Assembly: GCF_964355755.1 (NCBI RefSeq)
Contig: NC_092676.1
Span: forward strand, 17,316,871 to 17,380,870
Origin: Antedon mediterranea
Taxonomy: Eukaryota > Animalia > Echinodermata
Reading direction: 5' to 3'
Length of the DNA stretch: 64,000 bases
Shown: piece after piece, positions 14,223-27,884 of the stretch
How positions within the stretch are numbered: the first letter of the stretch is position 1
Layout: the number at the start of each line of letters is the position of its first letter
The notes under the pieces: model-generated
The model's input: only the letters and a program-made list of their open reading frames with translations
Database searches by the model: none
What the model was told of the DNA's origin: nothing
Translations under genes and position numbers: made by a program

Positions 14223-15136
14223 ACCTTGTTAATGTTAATAACAAGTTATACGGTTTACATTACTAATGTAAATTGTGTTGTAATGAATTTTCCTATGTTT
14301 AGGCCTACAGTATATCACAATCTTCCTTTCTTGTTTTATACCTCATTAATACAACTAATTTTAAGTAGTTCTTTTCTCTATTTTCTTATGTGTTTTTATA
14401 TTTGATATTTATATTTTGCTGCTAATATTTTATGTCCAGAAATGCGTGTCATATGCGACATGATAATGTATTCATGATGTACTAATGTTAACGGTCATAT
14501 TTGTGTGTTTGTCATATAAAGATATCAAAGGCAAAAGTGACAGACAATGCAACATTGATTATCTTGAATATGAATTATGTAGGCCTATGTTTTAATATTG
14601 TACGGTAGTTGATAATGATAATGCCCGCAACACTGACGAGTGTTAACATTGTTGTTGCCATTACTCGTGTACAAATCAATAACAGCATGTCATCATAGAT
14701 ATGATATCAATATCGTGTTGGCCTGGAATTACTGTTAATGTAGTTTTGACGGCTTTCTTTTTCACTACATGAAATCACTCAATAATCGTCATAAAATTTG
14801 AACACGAAGTCGGACACGATGGCACATGACGTTCAATTTCGCATTTCTATCTAACGTCATGTTACCATGGATACTATGGTGTCAGAAACTAACCCACTAT
14901 TTTCACAGGCATCTGCTTCCATTATATTTTAGTCTTAATTCACTAAATGTTTTGTTAAATTAATAGTGTTTGGAAGCATTTATGTGTGCGGCATTGACGT
15001 TCATAAAGCAACAGTTGTTATTATACATTAGCACATTATAAAGTAGTAAATATAGTACCTATTATTAACGTTCTGTTTTCAAAAATTCATAAATGAATGT
15101 TTTAAAGTACATGAATAGAAATAATTGAAGAATATA

Positions 15137-15208
15137 GGTCTATATATTCACTAGAATTCAGGTCTATATATTCACTAGAATTCAGGTCTATATATTCACT
15201 AGAATTCA
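15137..15208. repeat. Perfect 24-bp tandem repeat x3
   Basis: GGTCTATATATTCACTAGAATTCA repeated three times. Confidence 0.95.
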
Positions 15209-15684
15209 TTCTAGCTGCGTACCGGTACCCGTGTAGTGTTTATTATGCCGTAGAATATATCCATGTTAATTACCTCATTTAAAAAACAATGTAATATGAT
15301 GATATTATGCAGAACAAGTAAGTTGATGAATTCAAATCAAATCAGGACGACGTTATGCTGGGGTCATAATGTGTCTTACTTATGTACGTAGAGGAAAAGA
15401 AACCAAATGTAATACAAAAAAATATGTTTGTTAATGGAAAATAAAAAAAGGAATGCAATACTACTAGAATGTATGTAGGTAAAAGATGAAAACAAAAAAC
15501 AATAGGTAATGTGAAATAATGTGAAATATGTAAAGAAATGAATACAACTTTTAAAACAAAATGTATACCGTATGTAAACAGATGATAAAATAAACATTGT
15601 TAATACAATTGTATGTATATGTGTTTGAGATGAACCTACATAAGATAAATAAAAATGAATTAAAAAAAATAATAGTGTTGTCTA

Positions 15685-15870
15685 AAGGCCAATTCAGACA
15701 GCGCCGTAAGACGAGGCCCGATGAGTCTTCTCGTCGGGAGAAAATTAAACCTATTTAAAGTTCTCCCGACGACCTAAAAACTATCTCAAGACGATTCGTC
15801 TCGTCGGGATTGAACTCAGACAGCACCGACGAGACGAGACGTTTCGCCGTACGATGCTGTCTGAGTTGCT
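15685..15870. mobile_element. Probable end of a Harbinger-like element
   Basis: TAA-AGGCCAATTCAGACAGC start, internal inverted repeats (TCGTCGGGAGAA/TTCTCCCGACGA; CTCAGACAGCA/TGCTGTCTGAG). No matching second terminus seen. Confidence 0.4.
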
Positions 15871-16369
15871 GATTGTTATCGACTTGTGCGAACACAATAT
15901 ATCAAGCTAGATACAATAATCTAATGAATGTAATTGATTAATAGGTAAAAAATGATACCAAGATATATAACATGCGTTCTGACATTTGCAATTATTTATT
16001 TAAAAAAAATTCAATCCACACTCTCGAGAGCGGGGAGCCCATCACTTAGAATGGAATACATTAGCAACACGAGAACAAAAACATCAACAACATCAACAGA
16101 ACAATTCAAAGCACTTCAACCTACTTAAGACATTTAATTTTAGATGTATATAAATGTAGTCTACTGTATGTATGAAGGACACAAGTAACCACCTGTTTAC
16201 ATAAAGATAAACTATTAAAAAAATATCAGTAGAAGTTTCTAAGGCAAAAGATTAGTTAAGGTGTATGTTTCTTCTGTAGAAAAACACTTACAAAAATATT
16301 TCATTGGTTAACAGATAAATAAACGGTTAATTGTAACCAAAAACTCATTGTCTGACAGACAACTATTTG

Positions 16370-16458
16370 TACACGACTCTACACCTCACCATGTCGGTCG
16401 GTTGGTCGGTAAACACTAACTTGAGCACGCGACTGCAGCCATATATATGGCCTTGTTT
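16370..16458 (+). mobile_element. HINE family 1 partial copy
   Basis: CGACTCTAC...TGTCGGTCGGTTGGTCGG...GAGCACGCGACTGCAGCCATATATATGGCCTTGTTT, matching 9939-10059. Confidence 0.7.
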
Positions 16459-17039
16459 GCTTTAGATTACATTTTTTCTGTGAAATTATACGTAAAATAA
16501 TGATACTCGGATACTAATCGTGAATTTCTATATTTGTAAATTAAATTATTTTCTTTTATACATTTATAGCCATATTTTTTAAACATAGTTTAGCTTTCTG
16601 ACTGCTGCTATGTTTTCTTGTTTGTATTGCCATTGAAGAGTCTTCCCTGGTATACTGAAATAAAAAAATAGATACAATATGCCTGATTTTGTTAAATATA
16701 TTTTAAAGGATAACAGAATAGAAAGTTCTGGTTTACTGTGTTTGTCATGGCAATAATATTACTATATAGTGTACAAAATATCTATGTCTCTTTAATGAGT
16801 ATTTGTACATCATTATACTGTACTCCTTTTTCTTTCGTTTCCAAGATTTCCAAATCCATAAATCGTTCTGTGTCTTCTTATATTTTCAATCATGTTTCCG
16901 CATCCGTTTATTTGTCTGCAGTTTTCTCGGTGTCTATTTTGGTTGAACTCGTATCCTCATCCTAGTTTCACTTGCGTATGACAATTTTAGGCTTATCATT
17001 TTCTCACCTTATCTTACATTTCGCCTTTTGGTCGGAGAG

Positions 17040-17041
17040 CG

Positions 17042-17092
<51 letters not shown>
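17040..17092. repeat. (GTT)n microsatellite
   Basis: About 17 GTT units; source of the poly-Val in a spurious ORF. Confidence 0.95.
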
Positions 17093-17409
17093 CAGCTGTA
17101 TGTCTCAACGTTGTGGTATTTGATGCTTACCAATTTCAACCAGACCACGTGCTAATTTGAACTCTTTAAAGATTCGACTGAACACCTTTTTTCAACAAGC
17201 TTTTTCATTTACAACTTTGTATATCCAGTTTCAATTTATTTACAGTGCATTTTGCTATATGATAATGAAATATTATTACCTATTACCTTTTCAATTCAAT
17301 GATTCTTTGCTTTTGCTATTGCTGAATAATAATCTAAAAATATAGGATAACAATTAAAAAGTACGAAACATCGCCTAAATATCGCTTATTCGGACCGAGA
17401 TACCTTTGT

Positions 17410-18440
17410 AATTGCATAATATTCGTATGACACGTGTATGCTTTTCGTGTGACACGTGTATGATATCCGTATGACACGTGCATAATATTCGTGTGAATGT
17501 GTGTAATATTCGTGTGACACTTTTCTTTAAACTTTATTTATAGAGGGTAACCCTTTCAGCTGAACCCGCAGGTCAGCTGATATCCAGGGGCCCTCTTAAA
17601 AATGACAAAATATATAAAACTATACTTAAATAATACGAATCTACTATATACATTTATATTTAAAGATGTATTGTCCCTTTGACTAATCAAAAAAAAAATT
17701 ATTTTCTAAAAAAAGTGGGTCATTTTAAAGTATCATAATAGTTATTTTAGTCGAAAAAAAAATAATTTAACCGAAATGCAGATGTTTTTTTGTTCAAAAT
17801 ATAACTTTGACTTCCAGTCAAAGTTTTCAATCAAAACATATCTCATAATGCAACGCGCTTGTTTGGCTACTCTGTATGCATAATCATAAAACATCCTCAC
17901 GATCTGTGTGAAAACACCTTCTCAACCGTGACGAGTTGTAAACAATCCTAATTAGCATCATGCATAATGCATACTCATAGTTTGAAATCTTTGTTTACTT
18001 TTGCTTGCGACGATTTCCCAGACGAAATGTAAGCTAATTAATTTACCTGTTAATTACGTAACTTGTTGTTTTTGGCTCGAATTTTCGACTTAAAGTGAAT
18101 AACTTTAATATTACTTTGATATGGCCAATTTAAATTTAGAATATTTTTTTTTTTCATTTTTTGTGTTTCAAGGGACAATACAATCTAAAACAATTCAATT
18201 AGACACGTGGATAATATTTGTGTGGGCACGTGTATAATGTTCGTGTGACTCGTATATAATATTCGTGTCACTCTTGTATAATATTGGTGACAGTGTATGA
18301 TATCCGTATGACACGTGCATAATATTCGTGTGACACGTGTGTAATATTCGTGTGACACGTGTGTAATGTTTGTGTAACTCGTGTATAATATTTGTGTGAA
18401 ACTCGTATATAATATGTTTGTGGCTCGTGTATAATGCGTG
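17410..18440. repeat. ~22-bp minisatellite split in two by insertions at ~17521-18200
   Basis: Unit ATAATATTCGTGTGACACGTGT at 17410-17520 and 18200-18440. Confidence 0.85.
17663..18186. mobile_element. Kolobok-like MITE
   Basis: TTAA-AGATGTATTGTCCCTT at left, AAGGGACAATACAATCT at right. The right TTAA is degenerate. A related weaker TIR pair lies at ~19941-20135. Confidence 0.55.
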
Positions 18441-20551
18441 TTGCCAATGAATATCCTATTATTCGTTCTATTTATTCATTCTTTATGAAACTAAGTCATG
18501 ATCATACAAAATGTAAATTTAAAATAGGTCAAAAGTGTATACGAGTATTTTCTATCTGTCGAATTCCTTTCACAGAGAAACTATTAAAGGATTTTGGAAA
18601 AGTACCGCATGAGTTAAGTTCAATCCAATGCTCAGTATAATTAGATAATCAATTACTTGGTTAAATAGCTACTTAGATTCGGAGTAACACTCAGGTAATT
18701 GGCTGTTATTAATGTTGCTTTCTCTGTACATTCTAGGATTGTACAATAATATAATTATAATTTAATTGATTTAGGGGCGGTTGGTTGTACGTAAAATATA
18801 CTCTTAATATAATTAAGCAATCTGTATGGTTCTATAATTCATTTTTGATTTAATAATAAAACACGTTGTGTGTGATATTCTACTTAATTAACGTGTTTAC
18901 TAGCACATCGTGACAGCTGATGGCGCATATAGACTTTATTGATTATTATATATGCTTTAGAAAAGGTATATTATATTTTGGTGCAAATGTTCGCGTTAAG
19001 GATGGTTATGTGTGGTAGATTCTTTTTATAGCACAATATAGGAGGTGTTCCACACTATTTTTACCATATTCCATTAAAATAGCAGCAGCTTTGTTAATCC
19101 GTTATTAAATATGGCTAACACTTTCCTCTTTAGGTTCAACATTCTCCTTTTGATGTACATTATTTTATTTAGTATTGAACCATGTTTCATGAAGGTGGCC
19201 CTTCCAGCAAAACTGATCATTTGGGCTCTCCACAATACAATCCATACAGCACTTAAATACATTAATTGCTAAAAATGTTTTTCTAAAATTTACCACAACA
19301 TTTTAAGTATTGCCATTAAATATAAATTAAACCCTAATTACTTTCAAAGTTTTAGTGAGTATTTATCAACACGTGATAGTATCAGAAATTATCTATAGAC
19401 ATTAACAAAATTGCTCCCACAGAGAAGCCGCTCTTCACAAAAATTATCTTCAATTAAACCCTGCAGCAAAATTACACTTAATTCTTTAATAATGGATGTT
19501 TTCATAAAAAAATGAGAATATACTGTATATTAATCTATAAATGATATAGTATGCCATTTGGGAAATATTAAAGAGAATAAGAGTGTCGTATACTTGGAAG
19601 TCTGCTTCGTTTGATAATCCTAACAGTTTGTTTCCCAAACTGAGATTCCTCCTTCAAACAATATTTGTAATACCACTTCTCCTGGCTTATTTTCACCACT
19701 GAACATATTCGGGATTACCTGGGTTCTGTGGTCGTATTCAACAATTGTACTAAATTGAATATTTCCCTTAAATACTAAGTATTTCACGGAGGTTTATCCT
19801 TGTTAAAACAAGAAATTATAATGGTATTTCCTGTACAGTAGCCAAAGTTTGGTTAGATTTGCGTTGTCTTTCATGGTTTTACCTGTAGTACGTACTTTAA
19901 CCAAACCTTACCAGTAATATAAAATTCTTTTTTTGTCTTAAAGATGTGTCCCCCAAAAACATGAAAAAGTCAGACTTAGGACATTTTACAATTTTAATAC
20001 AGTTATTTACTTCCGTAGAAAAAAATTGATTTTACCTTCTTTGCTTTAAATTACAGTTTTAAGGTCAATTATTACTATTTTGTGACATTAAAATGACATA
20101 TTTTACAATAACAAAAATGTTCCGGAGGACACTTATTAATAATAAATAACACACATTCAATTACAAAGATTCGTTTTTTATATCAGACCATATTTAGTCT
20201 ATTTAATTCCTTAAAATCTAGAACTGTCAGTGTCGGCCTTTCAAGAGTCAAATATTATAGTCAGATGACAACGTCGTGATACATTAACAATTGATATCTT
20301 TTCGCAATTTCTTTCATTCTTTATCAATCATTGAGATTCAAAAGCTGTCGCCTACGTATAGATGTTATATAGAATATTGAAAATGAATGATATAGTTCAG
20401 ACAGGTCTTACTTGGTTGTTGACATTGTCTGGTTCCTTGTAGTCATAGCTTGTGATTATCTGATTCGGTGTTCTGTTTTAAGTAATTTTTCTGTCTTTTA
20501 AATCAGGCTCGTGAGGAATTATTTGTTTTGGTTTTTCGGGGGTTCGGATAA

Positions 20552-20956
20552 AGGCCCATTTACACTAGGACGATAACGATCGACGATAAATAGACAAATG
20601 TGCATTTTCCATACATAAAACAAAGGAAATCTAAACAAGTTTCATCCTATTAGGAGAACCATAAGTGCTGCGTTTGATGAAAATTACGTGAAAATGTAAT
20701 TTTTACGTGTCCAATCAAATGACGTCATGATCAGTAAGAGCAATAATATCGTGGCAATACAATAATGTTATTGTTTTTATTGATCATGACGTCATTTGAT
20801 CGGATTTTGACAAATATTATTTTGATCAATGACGGCATAAACGATTTTCCTATAGGCCTAGTTCAAAAACAGACTTTTCGAATTTATTTTGTTTTAGGTA
20901 AGAAAAATGTTTATCTATTTATCGTCGATCGTTATCGTCCTAGTGTAAATAGGCCT
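20552..20956. mobile_element. Harbinger/Tourist-like MITE family B (405 bp)
   Basis: ~43-bp TIR AGGCCCATTTACACTAGGACGATAACGATCGACGATAAATAGA with one mismatch; TAA on both flanks. Confidence 0.9.
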
Positions 20957-21489
20957 TAAGAGGTGACTAAGTGACATTTCAAGCCCGTAGCCAGGATATT
21001 TACACGAGGTTATTTATCCCTCAAAAGGGAGCAAGGAGGCGTTAGAAACTGTAAAACTAATTTAGGCCTTGTCTAGAAGAAATTTGTCTGCTGGCTAGAT
21101 GCAGATTTAGGAATTTAATTGTTGTGAGTTTGGCCTATTTACTAGCATTCTCGCTGAAGACCTCTGTTTGAAAAGGAAAGTTCGTTCGAACCCAATGTAA
21201 CGGGCTTTCATTTATATGATGAGGTGTAACAGCAGCGGAGTGCCTAACAACTGAGTTATATTAGGATATTGTTAAGTAAAGTTTTAAGTGTTAAGGTTTG
21301 TTAAGTAATGCAAAATGAAATAAAATAAGGTTAAAATAATCGTGAATTGCCATTTTGAAGGGATAGGGGGTGAGGGCGATACCTGGAAGTTCAGTACTAA
21401 CGCTCTTTCTAAATAGGAAGCGTCTATAGCATAACTACCACATTACGGTCTTATTATTTCTTTAGAAATTACCTTCATCCCTCTACACG

Positions 21490-21588
21490 TTTTTAGTCTA
21501 CAGATCACTATGTCAGTCGGTCGGTTGGTCGGTCGGTAAACACTAACTCAAATTTGAGCACGCGACTGCAGCCATGTATGGCCTTGTT
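21490..21588 (+). mobile_element. HINE family 1 copy, internally deleted
   Basis: TTTTAGTC...CACTATGTCAGTCGGTCGG...GAGCACGCGACTGCAGCCATGTATGGCCTTGTT. Confidence 0.7.
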
Positions 21589-24500
21589 AATGTTAACTAC
21601 AAGCTTAGTTTTTAATTTAGTTTTATCCAATTGCAACATTACGGTATTAATAATTACTTTTATGCTAAGGTAGTGAGTTGTGAATAATTTATGAATTACA
21701 TATCTTTGCAAAATGTTCTCAGGTGAATAATTCATGAGTGTAGCAATATCAATTTGTTGATTTTTCATTTAAAACTTCAACAAAACACATTAAACCAAAA
21801 TATTATCTATCATTTTATATGGATGTAATGGTTTTAAAGTGAACTAAAGTCTCGAAGCTCTGTGAAAACAATTGAAAAGTGGAAAGACAAAAATGCCAGA
21901 ACTCAACATGAAGTATGGGGATACGCCTTTCATATTATAATAAAAGAAATAACTAAATAAAACTATTAAATCTAAATCTCTAGAAGAGATTCGTTGAGAA
22001 TGTTGCTAAGCTTACTGTACCTATGCACCAGTGCTAGTAACATGTTTGGCACGAGAAAACTACCCTCTTTTTACGAGCATCAGCAAGTGCGTCTATGCTT
22101 TTAGAAGAAGAGTTTTGAATAAGGTGTACAACGATCTGTTAGGATTTTCAAATCTTCTTAATGGAAGAAATTCCTATTTTAGTGTGATTCTCCATTTTGT
22201 ATTGTTTGTTGTAGGCCATATATATGGGATTTTTATTCTGGAAAAAGAGTGACCAATCAATCAGTCAAAACAAATTGTACAAAGAATACCACCAGATCAT
22301 GTTCAGCTTACACTGGAAATTGCAGGCAACATAAAAACATGACGATTAACAGACAAAAACATTAGAAAAAGCATTGGTTACAAAGACGAATTAATAAAAA
22401 ATCCGAACATGAACATGAACAAGATTTTGTAAGAACGATTTCAATGATAGTTCACAGAATTTTATTACCATGTTTTATCTTTATAGTTGAATTAACATCT
22501 TCTTTAAAATTGTAAATGAAAGCATATGGTTTTATATTGAAATCAATCATATTTTTTATGTAAATATGCCTGCATTTTAACTACTTTTAACACTGTAAAA
22601 ATCGTAGTAATATACAATAGAAAGAGAAATATTCATGCAAATAATTAATTGTTACAAACGTACCTTTATTTTTATATATAATAATAAATATACATATAAA
22701 ACAGAGAATTATAATAAAAGTGGGACGACCCCACATAAGACAAAAAAAAAATAAATTAAAAATGTCTAAAATTGCAATGGAATCAAATTTAGCCTATTAA
22801 TTACAATATCCAATACGTCATTATAATATTCCATAGTACTATTTGTACGTTTTTTCTTAATTAGGTTCACTGTTTTATAGTCTTTATCATTATAAAGTGC
22901 CTAATCTAACCTAAGGTGTTTTTTTTATTGTATTCCGTAGTGCTATACATGTTTAGTGTGATTATAAAAAGAAAACAACCAACCGGTTCGGAAACAGAAC
23001 AACAACATACAGCCATGCTTTATTAACTATAAATAATATACACGACGTTATCGATATATTAATATTCGGTATTATTATAAGCACATCCTTTTCTGTAATA
23101 TACAAATGCATATTAATTTTTGCAAAAATGTAAAAGTCATAAGTTCTATAATCATTATTTTTTAGTTATTAGAGCTTGAAATAGCTGATTCAGTGTTTAG
23201 CTAATAATGTTAATTGCCATTGAATTGGCACCGACTTTTAGCGAACTTGACCTTGAGGTATTATTGTATGAAGATTATTTGCAAAATGATTCGTTTTTTT
23301 ATTTCGTTTTTACAATTTAAACGCAATTATTGCAAAGTAGAAAATTACCTGTTAACTAAATGAACGAGTTATTGCAAAATAAACAATTGGTAAGATCAAA
23401 CCAAACTGACACAAAATAAGGTTCTTCCGCCAGAGTCGAGATGTCAAGGATGTCAAACGTTATAATTCACCTCTATTCTCGGCTGCCAATCTAAATTATT
23501 CACATAAAAAAGATATATTACTAAATAATACTATAATTGCAGAATGACATTGAGATCTGAAAGAACCTTACGATTAGAAATGTAATTAACTAACATGCTT
23601 AATGAGGTTAATTAGTACAGTACGGCTAAAGCATTTAATACATAGATTTACAATAATAGAGAGTCCTTGACGATAATTCAGGAAACATCAGTACAATATT
23701 CTATTTCAACGTTTTTACCAATATTAGTATTTTTTCTTCTGATATCTTGTCTGTTTACAGACGTTGATGACCGTTGTTTTCCAGTTATATGAAGTTTTAA
23801 GAAGAGTTTAATTAATTTCAGAGAGATATGTCAGTCAAACGTTGATGACCACAACCTCTTATTCCTTCTACCTTTACTCATAGTGTCTGTCATCAGATGT
23901 ATTTCTCCCTTCCTATTGTGTGTCCGAGATATTTAATTTGTCGTCACCTAATATGCATCTATATATAAATTTACGTAAGGGCAAAATTCGGTAAATCGCG
24001 CGTTATTTCTAGAATGTTTACTCCATGGTATATAAAGTTGGTTCGTACTTTCGGTACTGATTTTAACCACCTGATATAACCCTGTTTACTAATTAAATTG
24101 AGTTCGATAATTAGTTATTGACGATTAAAACGAATTTAGGTTCAACGATTTGCCCCAAATAGGGGTGTTTTTCGATGGTGGTATACACTGTCTAATGGAT
24201 GTCCGTCTTGAAAAATACCCGCAGACAATAATACGAGGATGCTTCGCATTTTCCTATCTCCTCCTACGATAATTGTTTTTAATGGCTGAAAACCGGTTGA
24301 ACAGCTCGAGTATAGCATCATAATGTTGAAGACAGGCCGATTTTCTTTAAAAAATACTATTTTGATAGATTTAATATACGTTTATACAAATGTATTGATT
24401 TGCGATGAATGGAACATTCCAATCTCTGTTCCACAAGTGTCTATTCCCTCAGGCGTCGTAAAGGCAAGTACAGGTACTGTATACTCATAACAGAAATTCG

Positions 24501-27306
24501 ATCCATTTTTTTTCAATCTGTGCTGCAGAGGTTGGATATAAATTTTTTTTAAACGGATAATGAGCTAGCGTTTTCAAACCACCCATATCATCACCCTTCC
24601 CTCACTGGCATGAGTAGCGTTGTAAAACCAGTAGAGGATAGGCCTACGGTACATCACATGCCCTAAACGCAGAACAACTTTGGTGGGTAGGGGGTGGGTA
24701 GGGTAGGAACCAACTTAAGTATGAATTTGCTCTAAGAAACAATTGAAAACCATTAGGCCTACTAATTAAGTTGAGTTAGATAATTTAATATTTATTGACG
24801 ATTAAATCGAATTTATGATTTTCGCCGAATAGAGGTGGTTTTCACAAATTGTTTTACATTATATAAACATATATACGTCGTAGTGATGTATCGTTACATG
24901 TACTGTACTATTTCAATCGACTATGACGGTGATAGTTTCAACAAAGTATTAAATCGCAATGTTTTACTGTGTTTAGTGGTATATTATTTGTAAAACATGA
25001 AAACAATTAATATTTCGTTAATAAATGGGTAAAAAATATATTTAAAAATTGTTCCACTTTGCACCCATCCTCTTCCCCATCCCTCAACCCAAATGTTACA
25101 TACAAAACACAATTTAAGTTTGTTTAAATTTGACTTAAACAATTGGTCTCATTTTGTGACAAGTTTCTCTTTCGGAAGTAATTCCTAGGGTACTAATTTT
25201 ACAGTACATAAATCACAGTGTCTATTTATTCGTTCCTGTAAACGACATGTATTATTGTCCTGCGGTACGTATACATTTGAAATCGCCAGTTTTTTTAACG
25301 CTGAAATTATTATGTATTCGAGAACCATCTGTGGGCACGACCTAGATGGTACGCGAGCGAAGCGAGCGTACCATCTAGTTATTATTAATTATGATAGTAG
25401 GCGCAGCTAGATATAGTTGATATAAATGTAAAAAATAAGTATAAGTAAGTAATTGACTAAATCAGTTTAGTAATGCATAGGAAAAATCACCTTCTTTCCT
25501 CAAAATTTCAAAACAAACCATTCAAATATTCAAAATAAATGACACTATATTATTATTACTTAAAGACATATTATTTCATATAAGCGTTTAAAGTAAGTAT
25601 GAACTTTTATCCGAAGATGTTTTCATCAAACATTAAAAATAATATATAATTTGTTTAAGGCTTTTTTCAAGTTTATATAATATTCAATACCAAGGTTATC
25701 AATAAAATGATGACGCTTGTGATATTTTATAATATTATTATATATATTATCTAATCATCATCACCAGCGCATTTATTTTTCATCGCTATATCGATTTTGT
25801 TTTATATTCTAAATTGTGTGGACATTTTTTTTTCTTGTTTTGTAGTATAATGTGTCATTATCTACTATCTCGCTTTCATTTGATAATATTTTCAAAGACG
25901 CTAATCGTCATGTTTTTGTTGGAAATCCAGGTTTCCATGAGGATTGAGATTTTTTTTCTTGAAGAAAAGTAGCAAATTTTGATGGATATTTTTTGTAAAC
26001 TGTTGTCCGAATGTAAATGAGGTTTCTTCATTATACGGGCCGAGTTTTACATCTCAATTATAAAGTATAAGTTCACGAACCTCTATTGAAATAAGAAAAA
26101 CATTAATGAATAATATTAAAGATAGAAACTTAACAATTATTGCTTTTTTTACAGTTATAATTACGATAGGTAAATTTAACAAAGAGATACATTGCCTTTC
26201 TGCCAATTCGATAATAGGTATTAAACACAGTCGTAAACAGAATGTAGGCACACATTAGTGAAACACGCCGGTTTGCTTTGTGACAAAATGTTCTACTTTA
26301 AATCCTTTCTTGTAACACCTGAATCATTACACGGTAAAAGATTAGTTTTTAATGTCATCATTATTCTCTTTATTGGCAAAGTACTTAGCTACAGGAAGAG
26401 CTGTTAAAAGTAGAACATCTTAAAAGCTAAGTAAATCTGTCGTTATTCCAATCAGACAAATTTGACCTAAGTGTAATAGCCGTATGTGGACATTCCGTAG
26501 AATGTTACAAAATCATTTGAATAGATAAAGATTAATCGAAACAATCAGCCTGAACAGAAATCCGAATGGCAGTGTGTTTTCCAAACCATAAGGTTGCAAA
26601 CATTGTTTGCATGGCAGCGTGTAAGCTTTTGGTAAAGTGTGTTTAAACACCTTACATAACGGTATTGTAAATAGCGTAATAGCCTAAATAGGTATTCATA
26701 ATTTTATAAACTGTTTAGAGTTTGTTTTTCGTATACATCACTAACATCTTTAACATGATCCAATTATTCTAGATGCACACGCTATTCTAGTCTTATTCTT
26801 CTCTTTAAGTTGATGGTTGTCAGATAGCATTTAGTCTAGAAAACCTCACAGAAGCCAAACTTGTTGAAACATAACAGAAACAATAAGCTGCTTTTTTTTA
26901 AACTGCATATTTTGATCAACAGAATAAAATCATTTGGAGCTAGAGACAGTGAATGTTTCTGCAAATATGTTGCATGCCATGTTAACGAACTTTTGTAAAT
27001 TCATCAAACGGTTCTTACATCTCGTTAAAAATGAAGACCAATTATTATTGTTTGCTTTTATTGACATTTCTATACAGTTCAGTTAACAGAAATTAACATC
27101 AGTAGTAGAATACATTTCATAATAGTTATACGAAGAGATACAAGCTACTAGTTAGTTGAAAATGTGTTCATTCTGGAACTAATTAGGTACTGTTCCGAAG
27201 CATACTAAGTGCTGAGCCTTGAACAACTTATTATGTTAATATTTTAACGACTGAATCACCTAAAGTGTTGCTATATTTTATCTCAACAGATACAGTTGCA
27301 GAACAT

Positions 27307-27397
27307 CTGTGACGTCACAGGAATTTTACTGGCACTGTCATAACGAAATTGATTTTGTCGCATTCAAATCTTTTATAAAATATTTCGCTTATATAAA
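27307..27397 (+). promoter_or_regulatory. Candidate promoter: CRE palindrome and TATA-like boxes
   Basis: CTGTGACGTCACAG (TGACGTCA at 27310-27317), TATAAAA near 27374 and TATATAAA near 27390, ~500 bp upstream of the small membrane-protein ORF. Motif evidence only. Confidence 0.35.
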
Positions 27398-27884
27398 TTT
27401 CTACCTACTCGTTTGTGAAGTCTGCTACATACATTCTGATTAACGATTAGCGAAGCATTAAAATTAACGCTTGAACGTTGCCGTCTGCTATGTGAACGCG
27501 GGAAAAATCACTTTCTGCCCGTAAATACATCTTCGAAAAACGTTTGTCGGCATAATTCTGTGTCCTACGGTGGAAAAACGATTATTTTTCTTTGATTCGT
27601 GTTAAACAACCGTTCAATTATTCTATTTATATTCAAGTAAGGTGGGCCGCCTCAATCAATATTGTATGTTTACACAATTACATACTCTTCAGTTAGTTCG
27701 ATGTTACAAACCAGTCAGTGTCTACTTTTGTATAGTAAAGTAGTAACACATATTATCTGGAATTAAGTTGAAACTAAATATCACTAAATTTCCACCGGAT
27801 CGAATACAATTGTACGATGCGCAACATGGATTATTTTACTTTCTATATGTGTTGATATTTGCTACGCTCAGAAATAACAAGAAG

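Noticed and set aside
19080-19740. Possible decayed coding sequence on the minus strand
   Set aside because: No recognisable motif or consistent frame could be reconstructed.
23165-23234. Resemblance to the SpCas9 sgRNA scaffold (TTAGAGCTTGAAATAGC ... TGGCACCGA at similar spacing)
   Set aside because: The intervening ~40 nt do not match and the terminal hairpin is absent. The scaffold's GAAA loop is an engineered junction, and there is no vector or cas context. Best explained as chance.
24090-24845. ~90-bp diverged direct repeat at ~24090 and ~24760 as possible LTRs
   Set aside because: No TG...CA ends, PBS/PPT or TSD; more likely an old local duplication.
27768-27884. N-terminal 39 codons of the 140-aa ORF
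   Set aside because: Starts at TTG and spans a pyrimidine-rich tract and CAG acceptor, so it is probably intron. The ATG at 27885 gives a signal peptide.
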